Assembly (NCBI GenBank): GCA_963706325.1
Contig: CAVPLT010000007.1
Coordinates: forward strand, 736,001 to 800,000
Source: an uncultured Nitrospiraceae bacterium
Lineage (GTDB): Bacteria > Nitrospirota > Nitrospiria > Nitrospirales > Nitrospiraceae
DNA: 64,000 bases
Reading direction: 5' to 3'
In this document: one piece after another, positions 9,510 through 19,357 of the stretch
Layout: each line of letters starts with the position of its first letter
Numbering within the stretch: the stretch's first letter is position 1
The notes under the pieces: model-generated
The model's input: only the letters and a program-made list of their open reading frames with translations
Database searches by the model: none
What the model was told of the DNA's origin: nothing
Made by a program: the position numbers and the translations under genes

Positions 9510-10583
9510 ATGAGGATTGCCCAGGTTTCACCGCTTTGGGAGAGTGTTCCGCCGAAGTTGTACGGAGGAACGGAGCGCATCGTCTCCTACTTGACGGAAG
9601 AACTGGTCCGGCAGGGGCACGAGGTGACGTTGTTTGCCAGCGGTGATTCGGTCACGCGGGCCAAGCTGGAGGCGCCCTGTCAGCAAGCGCTGCGTTTGAA
9701 CACGGGTATTTTCAATCGCGAAGCTCCGCTCATTCACATGATGGAGCAGGTCTTCTGCGCGGCTGACCAATTCGATATCATCCATTCGCATTTGGACTTC
9801 CTTGCCTTTTCTCTTTCTCGTCGCTGCCGTGTGCCGGTAGTCACAACGCTGCATGGCCGGCTGGATTTGCCTGAACTCGTGCCGGTCTTCCGTGAATTTG
9901 CCGAGATGCCGCTGGTGTCCATATCGGACTCACAACGACGGCCATTGTCCTTTTGCAACTGGGCCAATACCGTCTATCACGGTTTACCTAAAGACCTGTA
10001 TAAGTTTAACGCTGAGCCGGGCAAATATCTGGCTTTTCTTGGTCGCGTTTCGCCGGAAAAATGTCCGGATCAGGCCATTGAGTTGGCCAAGCGTGTTGGA
10101 CTGCCTTTGAAGATGGCCGCCAAAGTAGACCCGGCTGATCGTGCCTACTTCGAGCGAGTCGTGGAACCCCTCCTTGATCATCCTCTGATCGACTTTGTGG
10201 GCGAAATTACCGACGCGCAAAAGAGTGAATTTATCGGGAACGCTATCGGACTCGTCTGTCCCTATGATTGGCCGGAACCGTTTGGTCTCGTGTTGATTGA
10301 AAGTCTCGCCTGCGGCACGCCCGTCCTCGCCTATCGACGAGGATCTATTCCCGAACTGATCGACCACGGTTCGACGGGATTTATCAGCGACAATCTGAAT
10401 GAAATGGTCAGTCAGGTGGAGAAGCTCGGCACCATCGACCGTCACCGTTGCCGTCAGGTGTTTGATGCGCGATTTACCGCGCAACGAATGACCAGCGACT
10501 ACGTAAATATTTATCAACAGCTAATCACCGATGCAGCGGCTCTCCCAGGAGCATCGGGGCAGCAACAGGCTTCGAACCTCTAA
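9510..10583 (+). CDS. Glycosyltransferase family 4 protein
   Basis: MRIAQVSPLWESVPPKLYGGTER, FLGRVSPEK and WPEPFGLVLIESLACGTPV (GT-B E-x7-E). AAGGAG RBS. Confidence 0.95.
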   Translation: MRIAQVSPLWESVPPKLYGGTERIVSYLTEELVRQGHEVTLFASGDSVTRAKLEAPCQQALRLNTGIFNREAPLIHMMEQVFCAADQFDIIHSHLDFLAFSLSRRCRVPVVTTLHGRLDLPELVPVFREFAEMPLVSISDSQRRPLSFCNWANTVYHGLPKDLYKFNAEPGKYLAFLGRVSPEKCPDQAIELAKRVGLPLKMAAKVDPADRAYFERVVEPLLDHPLIDFVGEITDAQKSEFIGNAIGLVCPYDWPEPFGLVLIESLACGTPVLAYRRGSIPELIDHGSTGFISDNLNEMVSQVEKLGTIDRHRCRQVFDARFTAQRMTSDYVNIYQQLITDAAALPGASGQQQASNL

Positions 10584-10617
10584 GTCAGGGCGATCTCACC
10601 CTCGCGGAAGGACCAGC

Positions 10618-11901
10618 ATGGCAGACGGGTCACAATCCAATTCCCATACGACAACTGCGTCTGGCTGGCGTTTACTGGGAACTCGCGATTTCGGGTGCCT
10701 CTGGGCCGGCCAAGTCGTCTCTCAGATCGGCGATGGATTAAGCAAGGTCGCGCTCCTTTGGTTTGTGTACGAGATGACTGGATCGGCCCTCAAAATGACG
10801 GCCATCGGGCTGCTCCAAACTATTCCCCCATTGGTGTTCGGCCCGCTCATTGGGGTTTACCTTGATCGGCTGCCCAAGAAAGCGGTCATGATCACCGTGG
10901 ACCTCTTACGCACCCTCATGGTGCTGCTGATACCGGTCTTTTATGCGTTCGATATGCTGACGCTTGAACGGTTATACGTCTTGGTGTTCCTCGTTTCGAT
11001 CGTCTCCACCGTGTTCGGTCCGGCCTTGTCATCCTCAGTGCCGCTGATCGTGCAGCGCTCTCAGCTGACGACGGCGAATGCGTTCCTCCAGAGCACCACC
11101 AACATTGGCGTGTTGTTGGGCCCGGCCATGAGCGGGCTCGGCATCGCATTGATCGGAGCGCAAAATGTGCTCTACGTGAATGCCGGTACCTTCTTTGTAT
11201 CAGCCCTGTTTCTATTGCCGATTCGCGTGCGACACACACGCGTTTCAGGGGATTTGAAAGCCGTGTCCACTCCGATCATTCAGGACATGATGGTGGGATT
11301 TCGATTTGTGTTCTTACAACAGCGTGTGGTGTTTGGGCTCATGATCACCGCAGTGCTGTATAACCTTGCCATCAGCGCCTTTGTCTTTCTTCTCCCCGTA
11401 GTTGCAAAGGAGTTGTTGCAGGTCGGTCCGATGGAATTGGGCTGGTTGTGGTCAGCCTTGGGTATTGGCATGTTGGGCGCTTCCATTTGGCTCGCGCGAA
11501 TACCACAAGGCACGTTCCAGGATCGGGTCGGAAGGATTGGCCGTTCGCTCGCAATCGGCGGATTGGCTGTGTGCGCCCTGGGACTGATTCAGACGCCCCT
11601 GCTGTTCAGCACCTTTCTGTTGATCGTGATCATCGGAGGCAGCACCTCTTTATTTTATCCGGTGGTGTCGGCGATGCTCCAGGAAGTCACGCCCGAACAC
11701 TTACTTGGGCGCGTATTCACGACGTTCAGTACAGGAGGGATGGCGTCGGCCATGGTCGGCATGGTTGGATTCGGATGGGCCGCCGATGCCTTGGGTCCCG
11801 CGGTCAGTCTCGTCGGAATCGGACTCCTACTCTTGCTCACTGCCGTGGTCACGATGCAGGTCAGCCGCCGTGAACTGGCAGTGGGCCCGATTGTCGCATA
11901 A
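10618..11901 (+). CDS. MFS transporter (DHA3/EntS-like)
   Basis: About 12 TM segments; LWAGQVVSQIGD, motif A GVYLDRLPKK and LQEVTPEHLLGRV. Confidence 0.9.
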   Translation: MADGSQSNSHTTTASGWRLLGTRDFGCLWAGQVVSQIGDGLSKVALLWFVYEMTGSALKMTAIGLLQTIPPLVFGPLIGVYLDRLPKKAVMITVDLLRTLMVLLIPVFYAFDMLTLERLYVLVFLVSIVSTVFGPALSSSVPLIVQRSQLTTANAFLQSTTNIGVLLGPAMSGLGIALIGAQNVLYVNAGTFFVSALFLLPIRVRHTRVSGDLKAVSTPIIQDMMVGFRFVFLQQRVVFGLMITAVLYNLAISAFVFLLPVVAKELLQVGPMELGWLWSALGIGMLGASIWLARIPQGTFQDRVGRIGRSLAIGGLAVCALGLIQTPLLFSTFLLIVIIGGSTSLFYPVVSAMLQEVTPEHLLGRVFTTFSTGGMASAMVGMVGFGWAADALGPAVSLVGIGLLLLLTAVVTMQVSRRELAVGPIVA

Positions 11902-12127
11902 TCTTTTCTTCCCTTCGTTCTAGCCCACATGCCTTGAAGCGATCACTCCCGCGAGCATGGCATTGTCGCCAGATCGGAGAGACCGCGCAGATGTTGCTTT
12001 CTCCCCGTGCCTCGCGTATGTCTTTTATTCCAGGGCGTCTCGTCTCCTCACTCAATGGTCAGGATGTGCGCTCATTCATCAGCCGTGGCGTGCGTCATTT
12101 AATTCAATATATGAGGGGCCTATGCGG

Positions 12128-13096
12128 ATGACTCATTCTGTTACTCTGACGGGAGCATTGGTGTTGGCAGGGTGGCTGCTGGGCGGAGGGGGCGTGGCGA
12201 CAGGCACAGAGTCGACCCCCGAAGGGAAACCTGAGCCACCACCGACTCAGCGACCTAAAGACCCGGACGTGAAACCGAAGGAGCCCGAAACTAGGCCTAA
12301 AGAATCGGACTCGAAACCGGCTGAACAGAAACCCAAAGAGGCTGATGTGAAGCCGAAAGAGAGCGAGACAAAATCCAAAGAGGTGGAGTCAAAGCCCAAG
12401 GATGTAGAACCTAAATCCAAAGAACCTTCCGTAAAGACCAAGGAGACGGAACACAAGACCAAAGAATCAGAAAAAATTAAAGAGACGGAACAGAAATCAA
12501 AAGATTCCGACCTGCCGCCAGAAAATCCCTGTCCTACCGTCGCCCATCCGGCTGAACAGAAGGCAGCGGCGGAGCTACCCTTGGTACCGTCTGATAATGC
12601 TGCCGGAGAGCATCCCAAGGCAGTGGAGCCCGAGTCGAAGAAGCCGATACGCTCATCCATGGTGACGGCCAAGTTGGCGCTCATGGCTGACCCGCGACTA
12701 TTTCCTTATGACATTGAGGTGGACGCCAAGGACAAGGACCTGGTCTTGCTCGGGAAGGTCTCGCAGGAGTCGGATAAGAAGGCGGCCACCGATATCGTGA
12801 GATGTCTTGATGGCGTGCACGCGGTGGAAAACCGTCTCAAAATCGAGCTGGATGCGCCGCACGGCCTCGTCGCAGAGCGAGATAAGGTGGTCACGCAACT
12901 GGTGAAAGAGCGGTTCGAGAAAAGCAAAACCTTGCAATCTGTCAAATTCGATGTAAAAACCGAAGACGGAGTGGTCACGCTCAGCGGAAACACGCGGTTT
13001 CAGATCATTGTGCTGGAAGCGGCGCAGGCGGCCCGCCAAGTGCCGGGCGTGCGGGCCGTTAATACCGATGCCGTGCGATTGGTCGCCGGAGAATAG
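12128..13096 (+). CDS. Periplasmic BON-domain protein with Lys/Glu/Pro repeat region
   Basis: Signal peptide, charged repeats, then two BON domains (IEVDAKD..LVLLGKV...GVHAVENRL; FDVKTEDGVVTLSG...VPGVRAV). Start may be 12122. Confidence 0.88.
   Translation: MTHSVTLTGALVLAGWLLGGGGVATGTESTPEGKPEPPPTQRPKDPDVKPKEPETRPKESDSKPAEQKPKEADVKPKESETKSKEVESKPKDVEPKSKEPSVKTKETEHKTKESEKIKETEQKSKDSDLPPENPCPTVAHPAEQKAAAELPLVPSDNAAGEHPKAVEPESKKPIRSSMVTAKLALMADPRLFPYDIEVDAKDKDLVLLGKVSQESDKKAATDIVRCLDGVHAVENRLKIELDAPHGLVAERDKVVTQLVKERFEKSKTLQSVKFDVKTEDGVVTLSGNTRFQIIVLEAAQAARQVPGVRAVNTDAVRLVAGE
12251..12513 (+). repeat. Degenerate ~21-bp (7-aa) coding tandem repeat, about 13 units
   Basis: RPKDPDV KPKEPET RPKESDS KPAEQ KPKEADV KPKESET KSKEVES KPKDVEP KSKEPSV KTKETEH KTKESE KIKETEQ KSKDSDL. 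Confidence 0.85.
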
Positions 13097-13151
13097 GATC
13101 CTTCTGTGAGCAGATCGACAGAGGGAGTTCGAGACGCAGTCTGCTGAGGCT

Positions 13152-14492
13152 ATGAAACCCCAGCGCGTCAGCGGAAGGGCAGGACGCCCGAACGTGAAGT
13201 GGTCGCCGCAGCTCTTGACGCGCGACTTCACGCTGGTCTGGTGGGGCCAAATGGTGTCCCAAGTCGGCGATGGTGTATCCAAGCTCGCCTTACTCTGGTT
13301 TGTCTATTCCATTACCGGATCCCCACTCAAGACGACCATGATTGGGTTGCTCCAAACCCTACCGCCCATTTTGTTCGGGCCCTTCATCGGTGTGGTCGTC
13401 GATCGTGTTCCCAAAAAACTTCTGTTAATTATTAGCGACCTCATCCGCGCGGTGGTTCTGGGGGTGATTCCCTGTCTGATACCGGTGGAAGCGTTCAGCA
13501 TCGAGCGGCTCTATCTTATGGTGTTTGTTCATGCCGTCGCCTCCGCCGTCTTCGGCCCCGCCCTAACGGCCGCAATCCCGTCGTTGGTTTCGCGTCATGA
13601 ATTTACTGCGGCCAATGCATTGCTGCAGACGACGACCAGCATCGGCATCATCGTCGGGCCGGCGTTGAGCGGCGTGGGTATTGCGACCATGAGCTCGCAG
13701 GATGTGCTGTGCGTGAATGCCGTCAGTTATGTCATTTCAGCGGCCTGTTTTCTTTTTATCCGGTTTCCGCGCGCCGAATCGATCATCATAGGTGAGGCCT
13801 CGTTGGCAGGAACGTTCCGCGATGTCCTCGAGGGGTTTCACTATGTGCTTCGGCAGCAGCGGATCATTCTGATGTTGATCGGGGCTGCCTCAATGTATAC
13901 GTTTGCGACGAGCGCATTCAGCACGCTATTTCCTGTCTTCGGGAAGAAACTGCTGGATCTCGGTCCGATCGAGGTCGGGTATTTATGGTCCGCATTCGGT
14001 GTCGGGCTCCTATTGGTCTCGCTGGGTCTCGTGTCCCTGTCTGCATGGACGCTGCCACGGCGGATTCAGTTGATGGCGCTCTCGAGTTTCATCAGCGGTC
14101 TCGCATTGATGGGCTTAATCCTGACGTCGAACCGATTGGTTGCGGCGGCTTTGATGGTCATCATCGGCATGGGTGCGGGCACGCTCACGCCCGTCGCCTG
14201 GGGGGTATTACAGGAGATTGCGCCGTCGTCGCTGTTGGGACGGGTGCTGGCAATTTACAATTTGGGGGCCATGACCTCCGCCATTGCCGGCATGACGATC
14301 TTCGGCTGGGTGACGCAGGAGTTCGGTGAACGTCCTAGTGTGTTCGGTATCGGCGTAGGTCTTTTCCTGTCCGCACTGGTGTCCGTGCGGGTGGTGCGAT
14401 GGATACGGACGAATTGGATAGAGCCGGGTTTCCAGTCGACCCAGGAGGCAGAGCGGCCCGTCGCCGTGGTCACGCAGTCAACAGATCGTTGA
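13152..14492 (+). CDS. MFS transporter, paralog of 10618-11901
   Basis: WWGQMVSQVGDGVSKLALLWFVY, GVVVDRVPKK and LQEIAPSSLLGRV align visibly with the first MFS. Confidence 0.9.
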   Translation: MKPQRVSGRAGRPNVKWSPQLLTRDFTLVWWGQMVSQVGDGVSKLALLWFVYSITGSPLKTTMIGLLQTLPPILFGPFIGVVVDRVPKKLLLIISDLIRAVVLGVIPCLIPVEAFSIERLYLMVFVHAVASAVFGPALTAAIPSLVSRHEFTAANALLQTTTSIGIIVGPALSGVGIATMSSQDVLCVNAVSYVISAACFLFIRFPRAESIIIGEASLAGTFRDVLEGFHYVLRQQRIILMLIGAASMYTFATSAFSTLFPVFGKKLLDLGPIEVGYLWSAFGVGLLLVSLGLVSLSAWTLPRRIQLMALSSFISGLALMGLILTSNRLVAAALMVIIGMGAGTLTPVAWGVLQEIAPSSLLGRVLAIYNLGAMTSAIAGMTIFGWVTQEFGERPSVFGIGVGLFLSALVSVRVVRWIRTNWIEPGFQSTQEAERPVAVVTQSTDR

Positions 14493-14637
14493 GGTTACGC
14501 GTGAGGCTGTGCGCGATCCGAAGTTCCTTAGAGAAGCAGACAAGACAAGAGGGATATCAGACTGATAAAGGTGGAATGAAGTCGTAGCTGCGACCATACA
14601 TCACGTCGCGGTAGCCTGAGGTTGCGGGGAGGAATGC

Positions 14638-16800
14638 GTGGAAGAAATCATCAACGTCAATGACCGTTTTTACATCCTGGCCAGCTCATCGATGGCAGAT
14701 GACCGTACGCGTGTGCTCAAGCACGGCGAAACCTTCGGTGTTTTTGACCGGTATGGCGACATTCAACCGGTCCGTGGAACTCAGGGATTGTTTCACCAAG
14801 GCACCCGCTTCTTGTCGCGACAGGAATTATTTCTGAATAACGATCGTCCGATGCTCCTGAGTTCCATGGTCAAAGAGGACAATGCCTTGCTCGCCGTGGA
14901 TCTTACGAATCCAGATCTGTATCGGGACGGTCGCATCGCCATTCCGCGCGGGAGCGTCCACGTCTTCCGCTCGCGCTTTCTGTGGAACGGGGTGAGCTAT
15001 GAGCGGTTTCGCCTTTCGAATTTTAGTTTGTCGGCGGTGAAGATGAGCCTGTCGATCCGATTTGAAGCCGATTTCGCGGATATCTTCGAAGTACGCGGCA
15101 AGAAACGAGACCGGAAGGGCACGCTTTTGCCGAGTGTTCCACAGAAGGACCTGATGGTGCTGCGCTACGAGGGGCTAGATGCGGTGACGCGTGAAACCAG
15201 GATTCATTTCACTCCGGCCCCGCAAGAAGTCACGGCCTCGCAGGCGACCTTCGACATTGAACTCGATCCGAAGGGGGAGGCCGCGTTGGCGGTGATCGCC
15301 GCGTGCGATCGGTCTCAGGACTCGCGGACGTTCTTGTCCTACGATGCGGCCATGGCGGAAGCCGGTCTGGCCTTCGGGGCGGAGCAGCCCCAGGATTGCG
15401 CCATTCAGACCTCCAATGCCCAATTCAATGCTTGGTGGAATCGTTCTTTGCTGGATGTGCGCATGATGGTCACAGACACGGATCAAGGCCCCTATCCCTA
15501 CGCCGGAGTGCCATGGTTCAGTACGCCGTTTGGGCGGGACGGCATCATCACTGCCTTGGAGAGTTTATGGATTAGACCGGAATTGGCGCGCGGGGTCTTG
15601 GCCTATCTGGCCCACACGCAGGCCACGGAAATAAATCCGGCACAGGACGCGGAGCCCGGGAAGATCCTTCATGAAACACGCAAGGGCGAGATGGCTGCTT
15701 TGGGAGAGATTCCATTCGGCGTGTACTATGGCAGCGTCGATTCGACTCCCTTATTTGTCATGTTGGCCGGGGCGTACTACGAGCGGACGGCAGATTTGGC
15801 GTTCGTAGAAACCATTTGGACCAATGTCGAGGCGGCGTTGACCTGGATGGATACATTCGGCGACCCCGATCGCGACGGATTCCTGGAGTACGTACGGAAA
15901 TCTCCCACCGGGTTGGACAATCAAGGCTGGAAAGACTCCCACGATTCGATCTCGCATGAAGATGGCTCGATGGCGGAAGGGCCGATCGCGCTGTGTGAGG
16001 TGCAGGGTTATGCCTATGACGCGAAACTGCAGGCTTCTAGGCTAGCGGACGCTCTGGGATATGCTGATCGTGCCACTCAGCTCCGACGGCAAGCTGGGTC
16101 GCTCAAGGAGCATTTTGAGGAGGCGTTTTGGTGCGATGATCTGTCGACCTATGCCCTTGCCTTGGACGGCAAGAAGCAACCCTGCCGGATTAAAACATCG
16201 AATGCCGGGCATTGCCTCTACACGGGAATTGCGAGCGACGCGCATGCCAAACGATTGGCGGAAACGCTCATGTCCGAAGAGATGTTCAGCGGGTGGGGGA
16301 TTCGAACCCTGGCCGATTCCGAACGTCGGTATAATCCGATGTCCTATCACAACGGTTCAGTGTGGCCGCATGACAATGCGATGATTGCCGCCGGTTTGGC
16401 GCGGTACGGTCTCAAAGCGGAGGTCGACAAAGTTATGACCGGGTTATTTGAGGTCAGCCTGGTCCTTGATTTTCATCGGTTGCCGGAGTTGTTCTGCGGA
16501 TTTGTGCGCCGGCCTGGTCAAGGGCTGACACGGTATCCCGTCGCCTGTAACCCACAAGCCTGGGCGGCCGGATCGGCATTCATGGCCCTTCAGGCCTGTC
16601 TTGGGTTGTCGATCCTGGCGTCGGAGCGCAAGGTGATCTTCCAGTACCCTATTCTGCCGCGGTTCGTGGGCGAGATGCAGATTAACAATTTAAAGGTTGG
16701 AACGGCCTCGGTCGATCTTCTCCTGCGGCGTCACGATCTCGATGTCGGCATCACGGTCGTTCGTCGGGAGGGCGAAGTCGAGGTGGTTTCGGTTAGATAG
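14638..16800 (+). CDS. Amylo-alpha-1,6-glucosidase / glycogen-debranching-like (alpha/alpha)6 glycoside hydrolase
   Basis: YAGVPWFSTPFGRD, DAEPGKILHE, YYGSVDSTPLF, NQGWKDS, YHNGSVWPHD, LPELFCG and PQAWAAG. GGAGG RBS. Confidence 0.92.
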   Translation: MEEIINVNDRFYILASSSMADDRTRVLKHGETFGVFDRYGDIQPVRGTQGLFHQGTRFLSRQELFLNNDRPMLLSSMVKEDNALLAVDLTNPDLYRDGRIAIPRGSVHVFRSRFLWNGVSYERFRLSNFSLSAVKMSLSIRFEADFADIFEVRGKKRDRKGTLLPSVPQKDLMVLRYEGLDAVTRETRIHFTPAPQEVTASQATFDIELDPKGEAALAVIAACDRSQDSRTFLSYDAAMAEAGLAFGAEQPQDCAIQTSNAQFNAWWNRSLLDVRMMVTDTDQGPYPYAGVPWFSTPFGRDGIITALESLWIRPELARGVLAYLAHTQATEINPAQDAEPGKILHETRKGEMAALGEIPFGVYYGSVDSTPLFVMLAGAYYERTADLAFVETIWTNVEAALTWMDTFGDPDRDGFLEYVRKSPTGLDNQGWKDSHDSISHEDGSMAEGPIALCEVQGYAYDAKLQASRLADALGYADRATQLRRQAGSLKEHFEEAFWCDDLSTYALALDGKKQPCRIKTSNAGHCLYTGIASDAHAKRLAETLMSEEMFSGWGIRTLADSERRYNPMSYHNGSVWPHDNAMIAAGLARYGLKAEVDKVMTGLFEVSLVLDFHRLPELFCGFVRRPGQGLTRYPVACNPQAWAAGSAFMALQACLGLSILASERKVIFQYPILPRFVGEMQINNLKVGTASVDLLLRRHDLDVGITVVRREGEVEVVSVR

Positions 16801-16887
16801 CATGTATCCCATGGTGCGGAGCGCACGGCCACGACACGATCTCTCGCGTAGGTTGCCGTCATTTCATAGTGTGGTGAGTAGCGCGCG

Positions 16888-18480
16888 CTATGGAGCATCC
16901 GCAAGTTGCCAGGCCAGGGCCACCACATACCGTGCGGCTGCAGAGAGAATCTTAGGGTTCAGCGTGTCTACGGTATCGGTGGGTTGATGGAAATGCGGGT
17001 GGATTCCACTGCTCACGATGGTCACCGTGGGAACTCCCGCCTCTTTAAACGGTACGTGGTCTCCCCCGGGAAAGAACCCGAACAAGTCAATTTGGTCGAT
17101 AAGCCCAGCTTTCTGACCTGCCGTTTGGGCAACAGATTTATCTAATCCCGTTACCCCGATAGTAAGTTTCCCATTCCCAACACCGGCGTGATCCACGTTA
17201 ATCATTGCGATCGTCGAGGGCAGCGGTACGACCGGGTGAGTAACGTAGAACTTGGATCCCAGCAACCCCTGTTCTTCCCCGCTGAACGACACAAGCACAA
17301 TCGAGCGTTTGAGGCGGGTCGGAGCCGCCGCGAGTACCCGCGCCACTTCCAATAGCACGGCCGTGCCGGATGCATTGTCGTCGGCCCCGGCGAAGAGCAG
17401 GCCGCCTTGTTGTCCGAAGTGATCACGATGCGCGCCGATCACGATCGTTTCATGTTGGTTCACAGGATCCTGTCCAGGCACGATTGAAATGACGTTGTGA
17501 AGGGCGCCGTCCTGCTGGGTGCTTGTCCAATGCATCGCCACGGCGACATCAACAGCCATCGATCGTGGAGTGAGGCCTTCGTTAATGTGCTGCTGTAAGA
17601 TGCGAAGCCGGTCGCTGCCGTCCGGCTGGTGAAAACCAACAATCGCCGCAGCGAGCGAAGTACTAATCCAGGCTCCAGGAATGCTTTCATGAGGATTCGT
17701 CAGTCCGTAAAAGGCGCTTGGCCGGCCCGTGACCCCGCGACGAGTTTCATAGGCATTGAGGATGGGCGCCGTCGCAATCAGTAAGCCGATGGCTCCATGT
17801 TCTCGGGCTATGCGCATCTTGTCTGCGTGGGACACCTGTTTCTCATATGGCTCGGGTTTGCCCCGGAGAAATAAAACTATTTTATTCCGCACATCCAACT
17901 CGGCATATTCATCGATTCCGCCGGCGGGATCCGAAATTCCGTATCCCACAAACACAATCGGGGCCTGAAGATCTGCAGGGGGAGAATCGAGTATGGGAAG
18001 GTAATCGGTGCCGATCAAAGCGGGCGGAGAGTCGGATGCGAATTGGGGGTGCAGTATGGGAGCATCCCCGATAGCCGTGCTGCGCACAGTAGTGGACTGC
18101 ATCCAGATCCTGCCGGGGAGATGGTCGCTCAAGGTGGCGGAGCCAGAGTTAGGGGAGCGCTCCCCATGCAAATCTAGAAATCGGCCCTTAACAAACTCGG
18201 CGGACGCCAGGTCGTCGGGGGTGCCGGTTTGGCGACCCTTGAATGACGGCGCAGTTAGTGAACGGATATCTGCCAGCATGCGGTCGCTGGAAATGAGCAG
18301 CAAGGCTTGTGTGAGCGGGTTAGGCTGGTCAAGCAGGCCTGCTGCTAAACTGGGGGCCGCAGCCGCGCCTGTGAACAGGCTCACGATTAGGGCTAACAGC
18401 CATCGAGGGCGCCACGGGGTAAAGGCGTAGACGTCTTTGTCTCTGGTGACCGTGGTAGATAGGGAGCCAGGGCATCGCAT
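16888..18480 (-). CDS. M28 family metallopeptidase with PA domain
   Basis: IGAHRDH, GADDNASG, FSGEEQGLLGS, MINVD, GDHVPF and FHQPTDT. PA insert PIVFVGYGI. ATG overlaps the upstream TGA. Confidence 0.9.
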   Translation of the reverse strand: MRCPGSLSTTVTRDKDVYAFTPWRPRWLLALIVSLFTGAAAAPSLAAGLLDQPNPLTQALLLISSDRMLADIRSLTAPSFKGRQTGTPDDLASAEFVKGRFLDLHGERSPNSGSATLSDHLPGRIWMQSTTVRSTAIGDAPILHPQFASDSPPALIGTDYLPILDSPPADLQAPIVFVGYGISDPAGGIDEYAELDVRNKIVLFLRGKPEPYEKQVSHADKMRIAREHGAIGLLIATAPILNAYETRRGVTGRPSAFYGLTNPHESIPGAWISTSLAAAIVGFHQPDGSDRLRILQQHINEGLTPRSMAVDVAVAMHWTSTQQDGALHNVISIVPGQDPVNQHETIVIGAHRDHFGQQGGLLFAGADDNASGTAVLLEVARVLAAAPTRLKRSIVLVSFSGEEQGLLGSKFYVTHPVVPLPSTIAMINVDHAGVGNGKLTIGVTGLDKSVAQTAGQKAGLIDQIDLFGFFPGGDHVPFKEAGVPTVTIVSSGIHPHFHQPTDTVDTLNPKILSAAARYVVALAWQLADAP

Positions 18481-18917
18481 CAGATCGACGTGGCAGAAGC
18501 CTTTTGTGCAGACCAGCGCTGATACCATCGCCAGAGCGGAGGTTGAAGCAGGCGGGGAATGGGATAGCCCAGGCCGCGGACGTAGCCATCATCGCGATCC
18601 AGGACGGAAAAAGCGAGCCGATATTTCTCACGGAATACGGTGCAACGGCGCGCCACCTCCTCATCGGTCAGGCGCAGGTGTTGTCGTATCACTGTTCCGA
18701 TGGCGTCATCAGATGGGGTCTCACTAATCAGGGGTTCGACAAAGGCCGGTGTGAGTTGGAATCGGCGCATGAAAGATTGATCAAGTGCCGACGGATAGGC
18801 ATAGGTCCCAAGGGTGCCGGCCTGGAAGGCGCGCACCTTGTCAATCAATCGTGGCAACCAGATCATGCCCGCCAGGGTCTCGCTCCATCGACGCGGAGGG
18901 TGCTGCCCAAGATCCAT
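18480..18917 (-). CDS. DUF5069-like protein
   Basis: MDL..HPPRRWSETLAGMIWLPRLIDKVRA...GTLGTY.YPSALD...LDRDD pattern. Confidence 0.7.
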   Translation of the reverse strand: MDLGQHPPRRWSETLAGMIWLPRLIDKVRAFQAGTLGTYAYPSALDQSFMRRFQLTPAFVEPLISETPSDDAIGTVIRQHLRLTDEEVARRCTVFREKYRLAFSVLDRDDGYVRGLGYPIPRLLQPPLWRWYQRWSAQKASATSI

Positions 18918-19102
18918 CCTGTAACCTCGTATTCATGATCGTAACGGGTACGTATAGCGACAGCACTATACCACAGGAAAGCGGTCCCATTGCAGAGTGC
19001 GAAAGCGTCCGTGTACTATCGGTCTCAGCCGCATTTCTGCGACTCATCTGCAGGATGGTATAGCGTCGTGCGGTGTGAGGAAGCTAATGGATCCGGTAAG
19101 AG

Positions 19103-19357
19103 GTGGCGCGAATGGCAGAGCAAGGGAAAGGTCTCTACGACAATCAGTACACACGATTTCGCGAAAATCAGGGCGCACATAAGGGATATGATTTTCAGCA
19201 CGGCCCTGCAGGGAGCACCCCTCCACCCGTGGTCACATTCCTGGATAAGATAAAATGGTGGACTTTGCGCGGATGGCGGCGAAAGAAGATTCTGGCCGAA
19301 CGCGATCGATTTCAACAGGACATCATCCAGATTAAGGCACCCCATCCAAAAAGATGA
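19103..19357 (+). CDS. Small hypothetical protein
   Basis: 84-aa ORF with ATGA overlap to the next gene. No recognisable motif. Confidence 0.4.
   Translation: MARMAEQGKGLYDNQYTRFRENQGAHKGYDFQHGPAGSTPPPVVTFLDKIKWWTLRGWRRKKILAERDRFQQDIIQIKAPHPKR

Noticed and set aside
18921..18960. GTAAC half-sites resembling the repressor operator
   Set aside because: No matching inverted half-site at the right spacing.
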